This document shows positions 53,520 to 64,000 of a DNA stretch of 64,000 nt, piece after piece (the first letter of the stretch is position 1; every line of letters starts with the position of its first letter). A model generated the notes under the pieces. It saw only the letters and a program-made list of their open reading frames with translations, was not told the origin of the DNA and ran no database searches. Source of the DNA: Blastocystis sp. Blastoise (lineage: Eukaryota; Protista; Bigyra: Opalinata); contig JBBPEB010000020.1 of the NCBI GenBank assembly GCA_039096225.1, forward strand, positions 248,001 through 312,000, written 5' to 3'. Made by a program: the position numbers and the translations under genes.

Positions 53520-54115
53520 CATATAAATATAAATATAAATATAAATATAAATATAAATATAAATATAAATATAAATATAAATATAAATATAAATATAAAT
53601 ATAAATATAAATATAAATATAGAAATATATATATATATATATATATATAAACATATAAATATATATATATAAATATAAATATAAATATAAATATAAATAT
53701 AAATATAAATATAAATATAAATATAAATATAAATATAAATATAAATATAAATATAAATATAAATATAAATATAAATATAAATATAAATATAAATATAAAT
53801 ATAAATATAAATATAAATATAAATATAAATATAAATATAAATATAAATATAAATATAGAAATATATATATATATATATATATATATAAACATATAAATAT
53901 ATATATATAAATATAAATATAAATATAAATATAAATATAAATATAAATATAAATATAAATATAAATATAAATATAAATATAATTATAAATATAATTATAA
54001 ATATAAATATAAATATAAATATAAATATAAATATAAATATAAATATAAATATAAATATAAATATAAATATAAATATAAATATAAATATAAATATAAATAT
54101 AAATGTAATTATAAA
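53520..54115. repeat. (ATATAA)n microsatellite
   Basis: Direct reading of the sequence. Confidence 0.95.
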
Positions 54116-55207
54116 TATAAATGTAATTAAAAATACAATTATATATATAAATATAAATTAAATAATATATATATATATATATAAGTAATGTAAAAACAAT
54201 TAGTATATAGTAAAAAGTACCTTGAATCTCAAAAATTTGAGAAAGCCATTATTCTTTCGTTTATCATTGAGATAGCATTTTATAGTCGAATTAATTGTAA
54301 TAAAATCATAATGACTGCAATTTTGGTGTAATAATTGCTTAGCAATAAAACTCGAAAGACAAACCAAATATCTATCGTTATTCTCAATAGGTACATACAT
54401 TATTTTTCCATTTCTTTTTTCTACTTTTAACCACTCAGCATAGTGAGTTCTAATAGAAGCAGGCATAAATTCACAGATTTTTTAACACAAAAGCTATAGA
54501 TATATATAAAATACCTAATATATACTTTTGCATTCTTTGATACTGTTTTATCTAAAGCAATATGCGTTTTTGTAAAAATTATTTTCAATATTGTATCTTC
54601 AACGAGTGTATTTAAATAATTTGTTTGAAGATGAGTATCTATGAATAATAATTATGTGTTATAAAACATACTTCCATAATTAACGCAATATTTTGACAAA
54701 ATATTTGAAATTATAATATCAGTTTGACTTTTTATCTCTTCACATACAGCAATAAGCTCAGATAGGTTGGACTTTTGAACGACGCTTGTCTTTAATTCAC
54801 GGGTTAAATCCCGATAGTCAAGTTTTCAGACATTCATTTTACCAGTTGACATTTGTGCCTTAATTATTTACGAGTTGACATTTGTGCCTTAATTTTTTAC
54901 GAGTTGACATTTGTGTCTTAATTTTTTACGAGTTGACTTATAATTTAATTTTTTACGAGTTGACAATTGTGCCTTAATTTTTTACGAGTTGACAACTATG
55001 ATTTAATTTTTTACGAGTTGACAATTATGATTTAATTATCTACGAGTTGACAATTATGAATAATTTATTTGTATTTTTATTTTTAATATTTTCATGACTA
55101 TTTTTAACAAAGAAACCTGAAAAAAAAAATATTTTTCTTTAAAAAATCTGAAATAATTAAATTACTATTTTTAACTTATAAATAATTAAATCATAGTTGT
55201 CAACTCG

Positions 55208-56811
55208 TAATAGTATATTACAGGTCTATTTTGGTAAACTGGGTAATTTTCAGGTGTTTTGCTATTAATAGGGGTCTTTTACGAAGTAAAGACCCCTATT
55301 AATAGTAAGCACGTGAAATATTGCCCAGTTTTGCCAAAATAGACCTGTTATGGATTTTTATGGGTTTTTTTAATCAATAATATCATAGTGTTTTTGTTAT
55401 ACCAATTATCTTTTCTTACTCCCATTTTTATCCAATAAAAAATAATGATTTGACATTTTTCTCTATTATTATTTGATTATTATAAAATTTATAAATAACT
55501 AAACAACGAAATGTTAATAATAACAAAAATAATAGCATAAATATTTTATTTACATTATGGATGAAAAAGAAGAAATCCCTACTAAACTTGATATTATTCC
55601 TGTTAAAAGTGGTAATAGATACGATAAATGGTACAAAGAGTTTAAAAACTTCTCATCTAGAATGCCCGGGAAATCTACTGATCAGTGTCTAATGATTTAC
55701 ACCCAGTATTTGATCAATAAACACTTCGCTAGCTCAACAATAAGATCTAAACTCTCCGGAATAAAGAAAATGATAACATCTAAAGAAGAAATCTTTGTTA
55801 ATCCTGTTTCTAATTCACTAATAAATTCTGCTGTAACAAATCATGTCAAGGTATGTCCTCCTCCCAAGCAAAGCAAGGCTCTTAGTAAAGAAGAATGCAT
55901 TCAATTCATTAATTTTCCTGTCGATGGACTATACTTTCTACAGTTGAAGGTCGCACTAATAATTGGTATCTATTGTGGATTGAGAAGGAGTGAGCTGTAT
56001 TCTATGAAGAAGAAAAATATTATTGTAATCATATATAAATATAAACATATATAAATATTATTAATATTAATTATTATATATAATATATAGATTGAAAATA
56101 GACAGATAACTGCCCATATTGAAAGAAACAAGGTTGATCAAGGAGGTTGTGGATTCGATGGTATAATTCCTAATGAGAATGATGGAATAATGATTTATGA
56201 TCATTTATCTACTTACTATAACCTTCTACCTGATGATCCTGAAGTACATTTCTTTCTTGTGGTTTCAAACGATGGATTTACATCTCAGAATGTGGGCCTA
56301 AAAGCAATAGGTGATTTTCCTAAATATATAGCTAAATATTTAGGTTTAAATAACTATGAGAAATATAATGGTCATTGTTTCAGACGTACAATGGCAACAT
56401 TGCTAGCTAATGGAAACGCGAGTATTCATGAATTGCAAGTTCAAGGCCGTTGGAAGAGTGCTGCCGTTGCTCAACACTATATAGACTCTTCTATGACTAA
56501 TAGATTGATGATTTCCAAGAAGACACTGATGCAATCACCGAAGAAGGTACAACAAACACAAGAGGATGTTGCGGTTTCACAAGTTGCTGATTTAGGTAAG
56601 TATTTCAGTAACTGTACTTTCAATAATTCTTCTATTACTTTCAATATTGTTAGTAATAAAGATATAAAAAAATCAACATCTTTCAGTCAGGAGATGAATG
56701 TTGGTGAAAAGCTGTAAAATATTTTACAGGTCAGTTATTGTTGTAAAACCATAATTTTTCGTGTTTTGTTATAACCGTGAAAAACCTGAAATATACAAGA
56801 AAAACCCATAA
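55208..56811 (+). mobile_element. Crypton-like tyrosine-recombinase element with a terminal hairpin and TAA at both junctions
   Basis: Empty site CAACTCG-TAA-AAAATTAAAT (~16868-16887) versus filled CAACTCG-TAA-[insert]-TAA-AAAATTAAAT; no TIRs. Confidence 0.92.
55557..56717 (+). CDS. Tyrosine recombinase (Crypton-like), two exons, 364 aa
   Basis: Intron 56025-56090. Full catalytic set: R (GLRRSEL), K (RNKVDQ), HxxR (GHCFRRT), W (GRWKS), Y (AQHYI); tail FSNCTFN. Confidence 0.93.
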
Positions 56812-59119
56812 AAAATTAAATTATAATTGTCAACTCGTAAATAATTAAGGCACAATTGTCAACTCGTAAATAATTGAGGCACAAATGTCAACTCGTAAAA
56901 AATTAGGACACAAATGTCAACTTGTAAATAATTAAGGCACAAATGTCAACTCGTAAATAATTAAGGCACAATTGTCAACTCGTAAATAATTAAGGCACAA
57001 ATGTCAACTCGTAAATAAATTTCTGAAAACTTGACTATCGGGATTTAAACCATAATATTTTAAAGGATATTTAAATATGTTAATTTGTATATTAATAATT
57101 GTTATAACATGACAAAAGACTATCGTAGTACTTTCTTTGCTCGTCTGTAAGATTGTACACTTCTTCAACAACGGATACAGCACTAAATACCCCTTTCTAA
57201 ATATATAAATATATTATAATATAATAATAATGAATAATAATATATATACGAAAATGCTGTCGTATTTCTTTTTTGTAGTACATATATCATCCTGGCTATT
57301 TTGAGGATTTATTCTAAAAAAATTCAGAAGCCTATATTTGTATTTCTTATTTCTTAGACTTGTTGCTATAGAAGTTTCAACATCAAAAATATTCATGTTT
57401 TTTGTTTTGCTCATTTGTAGCATCGTATTTCAAACCAAATTAACGATCTTCCTGAATAATGGGCTTTCTATAGACAAATTGAAGCATCCGCTATTCTCTT
57501 TCCACATATGAAGCTCACTTGTTCTATCCTCAGATGATAATACCAGAGGTAATATATCTAGTAGTTTCTATAAATTAAGAAAATATTAAATAAATATTTA
57601 CATTAATTATTGTTTTGGAGGAAACCTTTGCCGTTGCGAATCCTAGCTCCTTAATACACTGCTTTCTTAAAAATATTTCATCTCCGTACTGCATTCAAAT
57701 TGGTATTCCACTATAAAAATATATAAAAATTATAAAGTAACTAAAAATACATCCTTTTACCAGTTGTTCGTAATACTTAAAGAAAAATTTCGTTTGCTTT
57801 ATTGTTTTATGACGTAATCTACGTAGGGCTTTGAGTTTCTTTGCATATGGAGCCGCAACAATATCTTTGGAATCGCTAACAGAGGTTACGACACCAACAA
57901 TACGTTGATCATCATTCATACCATCTAATGGAGCATTGCTCAATATGATACTATCTGACATTAGAGCAAAAAAAATTGAAATAATTTTAATAAATAAAAA
58001 ACACATCCGAATTAAACTTATTTTTATTAATTAAGCATTTTCATGGTTTTCTTCCATAAATGACTTGAAATTAATAATTACATTTTCTTAAAATTCTTTA
58101 TTTTTAAGTATTATATATAGTTTCTCGACATAATATTTATTTATAGGTACCAATAAACAGTATTGGTGTATATAATCATAATGAACCCATTCATTTAGAA
58201 AACAATTTACTAAAATAATTAAATTATCCAATAATATTTTTCAATTTTTGGGCCAATAACAGCGGTCATTAAATATTGAGCTGTCTCTATCGCTATCATT
58301 TATTCCATATGGATTATTTTTATACTTTTAAAATTTAACTCTTTAATCTTGGCAACTCAGCATCATATACTAGACATTATTTATAATGAATTCAAAGAAA
58401 TTAAAGCGACCACAGTTTAAACGTTTTGTATAACATAGAAAACTATCAATTTTGGGTATATACTTATGATACATGATAATATGTAACAATTATCTCTAGA
58501 CTATGTAACACAAATAGAGCCTAATTCTGATTCACTATTAAATAATAGAAATCAAAGTATTTATTAAATAAACGTATAGAGTAAACTTTACAGATTCTTT
58601 ATACCCATATATATATATATATATCAATAAATATAACACCATATTTTTTTAATTTTCAACTATTTAAATAAATAGTTTTTTATAAAATTTATTATTCTTT
58701 TAATTTTCAGCTCACTATTATTATATATTTATTAAATATATGTATTACATATTTTCAAATATAATACTATATAATATAGCTATTAATATCGAAACTTATA
58801 ACACCGATGTGATTAATTGTATGATTTCAACAATACAGAATGATGACACTACATGTATAGTACTATATTATACTTTTTCTAGTTTGTTATCAGTTATTTA
58901 CATATTTTTCATTATAATGAAATCGATTTATATCTTATAAACTAATGCTATTTGTTTTAAATATTTATAATATTTACTTTAAATAAAAATTTTTTAAATA
59001 AAATATACATGTATAGACAATGCTGATGACGGCATCTTAAATAATTTTTTTTTGACACTAATGAATATATCAGTATATACATAATAATAACAGTTTAAAA
59101 CATTATTTATATTACATAG

Positions 59120-62100
59120 GAATCTAACGAAATTTTGGGTTGTAACACCGAAAAAGACGAGATTGAATTAGAGGCGTATAAGCTATGGGTAAAACTAGAA
59201 TTACCTTATGAAAAATTTGGCAATATACTAGAATCTTTTATGTCCGTCTGTAATATTGTCAAATCTGATAATAATATCAATCACTACGGACAGTTTTGTC
59301 ATTTTAAACAAATTGATTGGACTAATAATCATAGATAGCCAATCATATTTGTTAAAAGGTCAAAAATGTCTTATAGTGAATATTGATATAAATGGTAACA
59401 GGCAATCGTATATCCGAAGACTTCGCTCCAAACAAAAATTCTTGCCAGAATCATTACGATTATATATATGCCCTAAGTGTCAGCAAGTAACAAATTTTAC
59501 GTTAACGAGAAATCATTTACCAGAAAAAGATATATTATGCCCACAAGATCCAGATATACTAGTAAAAGGTATATATATTATGTATTATTATATATTATAT
59601 ATTATATATTATATCTTATATATTATATATTATATATTATATATTATATATTATATATTATATATTATATCTTATATATTATATATTATTATATTATATA
59701 TTATTATATATTATATATTATTATATATTATATATTATATATTATATATTATATAGATATATATCATACGACGATTCTCCCAATAATACCCCGAATAAAG
59801 AAGCTGCTTCTGAATACGGATACTATTAAAGACTTATGCTATTATAATAAAGATGATATACTGTCGATGCTTCGCCTTCACCAGCAAGAAAGCTATTATT
59901 TACCGATTGATGACGTTATAAGCCGACTTAGTAACTTTCCCGTATCCACCGAATCTATCCCGCTGTTTTTTTATGGTTCTAGCTTTTATAGGTATACACG
60001 CCCATTGTATGATAAAGCCGATATCTTCCTCTTCTTCTCACTTACAAGCGATGGTATTTCAGTTTTCGATAAACCTAAGAAAGACGAAAACAAATCTAGT
60101 TATCCTATTACAGTGAAGCTGCTTAACTATTCTCAGAAAAGGAATACCGATCATCGCCGTTTATGGCTTTATGGCTGCCCTACTGCTAAAATGGTATCTT
60201 CTGTTATTGATATACTATGTTCTGAATTCGAAATCCTTCAAAATGGTATTGATATCACATTTGGCGATTCAAACGAGAATAAGAGAGTTATAGCTATTCT
60301 TCTTGATGTTTATGGTGATTATCCGGCAGTATCCAAAATGGTTAATACTCCATCAAGCGCTAATACATATCCATGCCGCTTTTGTGAGGTCCCAGTATGT
60401 CGTAAAAAAGATAATACGTTTCATAAGGGTATTAAGTGCTGTTATTCAGAAGTTAGCGAGTTACGGGACGAATGCGATAATAAAACGACGTTTTTCATTC
60501 CTATATATCGTCCGAATGAAACAGAAAATTCAACAAGGATGCTTACAAACTATATAGATGAATCTATTATTGATTCAAATGTAGTCGTTTCTATTTCTGC
60601 ACCTATAGAGATACCTACTAGCTCGATATATGAAGATGCAATCAACTCTTCTCCTGTTTGTCTGAGGTCAAATACTACTACTACTACTACTAATATTACT
60701 ACTACTACTACTACTACTACCAATACTGCCGATACTGCCGATACTACTAATAATGCCGATACTACTAATAATGCTGATACTACTAATAATGTTGATATTG
60801 ATGATACCGCTGATATTGATGATACTGATGATACTAGTGATAATAATGAAATTCCATCAATAGTACTTAGTTTAAGTTTTCAGAAACTTAAATATTTTAA
60901 TATGTATGAGTCTACCTCACTTGATCCGATGCATTTACTTAATAATGTTACTACGTCTCTAATGGAGTTATTATGGAATTATCCGAATACTAAAATATAC
61001 TCCAACTTGGTATATATTGCGTCAGAAACAGAACAGGCTGAGATAATTAAAAGGATTTCGCTATCTAGCGATAACAAAAGGATTATTATAAATAGAATGA
61101 AAGAGATAAACTCGTTATATGACGTAGACACCTATCAAATACATACTATACTAGATGATATGAATTTCTTTTCTGCTTCTTCTCATAGTCGTATTATGTT
61201 TTTCTCTAGGTTTCTTCCGCTTCTCACATCGGATTTTACGTGTGCCGACTCTCCACTTGTTTCTGTAATTGAATTATTCGGTTCAATTATATGCCATACT
61301 ATGGAGATTAACCCAATCACCCAGAAAAACGAACTAGAGGCGTTTGAGAAAAGATGTATTCTGTTTGTCTGCCTTCTTGAGTCGGTATTACCCGCTGTCC
61401 TTATAAGTAATCAGATGCATTCAATAAAGCATTTAGCTTTATGTATAAGAAATAGCGGTTCGCTATACTATACGTCAACATGGGAAGCCGAACGATCATA
61501 TAAGACTATTAAGAGAATTACTAAAGGTACGACGAACTTCAATGAATCGGCTATTATAAAAATTCAGGATAGAGAATGCATTCAGATATTCCCCCCTAAA
61601 ATAAATCAAATTGAGAACAATCAGAACAATAGCGATAACCGCTATACGTCTCTTCAATATCATGAAATGGCTGTCGATGGATACTCCGGCATACATTCAT
61701 TCAAAGGCGTTAAGGAAAGGTCATTACCTGATCTATCCGATAAAGATATCCTATCCATTATCTCCCTCCTATCCTCTTCTTCATCAACTTGTATAAAATC
61801 AAAATTATTTTATCCATGTTTCGATGAGTCAACTCCTACTAGTATTATCAAAGAAGCGATAGATCATAACGTGGATAACAGCATAGGCTTATAATGGGGT
61901 TTAGATCATTGAAACGATACAGTTACAGCTCAATTGTAGTTAACGGTGAAATATCATTCAGAGAATATATAGAAAAGTCAAATACTGAATACAAGAATAA
62001 TTCGTATATGATACGAAATATCGTTGTTGAGTTAGATTCTGGTAACTTCGTTATTCGTCCTTTATTGTGCCAGGTTCTTTTTTTCTTACAAATTGAGGAT

Positions 62101-62460
62101 ATGATGATTCTTAAGATACATAAGTACCAACAAGGTAATTTCAGCCAAACTAGATTATATGGCTATTTCGTGAATCCCTCTTCTCGTATAGCATCACTGA
62201 TGGATGACGAGTATGAATACTGTTTACTTAACGAGATGAAGCCATATAACGTGATATCTCTCGACTTTGGCGTATCAAAAGAAATAGAAAGCCGCAATAA
62301 TAATAATAATGTATATATATTATATATATTTGTTTTTAATATATTCATATATATATTTAGAATCCTGACGATGAATATATTCCGGCAAATGATCAAGTCA
62401 ATCAAAATGACGTTTTCCATGTATCGGTCTTCACTTCATTCAAAGACGTTTTAGACGATG
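59120..62460 (+). CDS. CACTA/EnSpm (Transposase_21-like) transposase, multi-exon, likely frameshifted near 61890
   Basis: CPKC; LTSDGISVF, SSYPI, GDYPA, CRFC, LDPMH, HSIKHL...TWEAER; intron ~59569-59757. Confidence 0.85.
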
Positions 62461-62692
62461 ATTATATGTAATAAAAATATTACTTTATCATTTCATTAAC
62501 TATTTATATATATAATTTTTATATATTTTTATATATATATTTCATTATTATTAATTATACAGTTTCCTTATATATATGCATATATATTATTTTATTTAGT
62601 ATATTTTTACTAATTATGTGTTTGTATATATTCCATTACTAATGATAATAATTTACTAGTTTTTTGTTTTACACTAATAGTACATTATAATA

Positions 62693-64000
62693 CACTATCA
62701 GGTCAAAACTAATTTTTAAAGTGTTTTAATTGGTTGATTTTAGTTCAAGATTCGTTCCACCAATAGAAAGAGATTGACTTCAGCGACTTAGTCAAAAATC
62801 GTGATTTTTGACAAAATTTTGACATTTTTTTTCAGTTGACTTTTTATTAGACTTTAAAAAGCATATTAGACATTTTGTATAATAAAATTGACATTAATTT
62901 CTCTTTCTAGATGGTCACACAATATCCAAAACACTTTTCTTTATTTTAAAGTCACAATTCTCTTAAATATGGGGGTCAATATTTTAGAGTATTTATAGTT
63001 CTGTTTGGAGTCAAGACCCTCTAAGAGTCATTAATGTAATTAAAAGTGAATGAGCTGACCTCTATGACTTGAAAACAAAATTCAGCCAAAAAGTCAAAAA
63101 TTTATATTTTTTTTACACTGAAAAATTGAGCCGAGCCTATTTGTATCATGGACAGTCAGACCAGAATATTGAATTTTTAAAATATTTACGGGAATATTTT
63201 TCTTGTTCAAAACTGAGTCTATTTTTATTTTGCTCTATATTAGAGGACACAAAGGTTTTAAAAAGAATTTTTCAATTGATTTTATTATGACTTAAAAGTC
63301 TTCATCCAAAAAGTTTGTCAGAGGTAATAAAAAACAGTTTCTTTCTCAGAATCAAATAATAGTCTTTTAGAAAGTCACTTTTAGAGTTAATTATGTGAGA
63401 GACAACTGTTTTATGTTAAAATTAATAGTTTTTAAAGAAATATGTCAACAGATCAGAGAGTCCAAGAAAATGACTTATTTGTTAAAAGTTATCGTGATTG
63501 AGATACATTACTATTGTATTAATAAGGTTCTTTATGACTTGTTTTAGCCTCTAATTATAATAAGACACTCAAAAAAAATGAAAAGAACAAAAAGTGTATT
63601 TTTATGAAAAATTTTATTTCTTGACTAAAAAATTTGAATTAAAATATGAATACATTTTTATTTTTATTTTATTGCATGCAAGCAGACTCAGACACTGCTA
63701 TGCATATTCTCAATGTTTTTGATGCATGTATGTATTATCTAACTATTTACTGTTTTAATATTTTCTATTTTTTTATATAATTCTTTTAGGTTTTCTATTC
63801 TGGATTCCTGTTTGCTGCCAGAAAGTCTCTATGATTGATGTCAGTAATATTAGTCAAAAGGAATTGTTTATTCTATTTGTTTAACCAGGTATTTTATTAC
63901 ATTTTATTTTTTATTTTTTTAGGCTTTTTGATGAGTTTCAAACACAGTACAAACACACAGCAAGTTAACACATGGTTGGAGGTATATAAATATAGTATAT
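62693..64000 (+). mobile_element. Left end of a CACT-terminated DNA transposon (continues beyond the window)
   Basis: Starts CACTATCAGG; diverged homolog of the reverse complement of 34300-35659. Confidence 0.7.

Larger units (their letters stand above)
54801..57051. mobile_element. Second copy of the GGGTTAAATCCC MITE, split by a 1.6-kb insertion
   Basis: Collinear with 16466-17059 apart from the insert at 55211-56811 and the repeat copy number. Confidence 0.92.
52720..57961 (-). pseudogene. Multi-exon hypothetical gene interrupted by the MITE/YR insertion; possibly a CACTA accessory gene
   Basis: Chain of minus-strand exons from MSDSIILSNAP (57961) with short introns, divergent from the CACTA transposase. 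Confidence 0.35.

Overview
Very AT-rich eukaryotic DNA with short GT(A/T)A...TAG introns, (TA)n-filled introns and TGTTTTGTT-like 3' motifs; a Blastocystis-like stramenopile is a guess. The window is almost entirely nested mobile DNA. (1) The right part of an endogenous Polinton-like/dsDNA virus: a GG-motif precursor protein, Dam methylase, SSB-like protein, 51-bp repeat array and AEP-PriCT-SF3 primase-helicase. (2) A degenerate tyrosine recombinase (YR). (3) A ~15.8-kb Helitron with micro-exon cargo genes and nested MITEs. (4) A broken SCC2/NIPBL-like host gene fragment. (5) Harbinger/ISL2EU-like, IS630/Tc1 DD34E and CACTA transposases. (6) An intact 1.6-kb Crypton-like YR element inserted in a MITE whose empty copy is also in the window. 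Main discovery candidate: this YR element ends in a ~130-nt imperfect hairpin with a GAA triloop. The outermost arm of that hairpin is completed only when the two element ends are joined at a shared TAA, the architecture of an integron cassette/attC or CTX-phage attP. Three further long hairpins (two with clear compensatory changes) close with TTA at the ends of gene-carrying modules, one of them adjoining the virus-like element. This suggests a eukaryotic folded-ssDNA, YR-driven cassette system.
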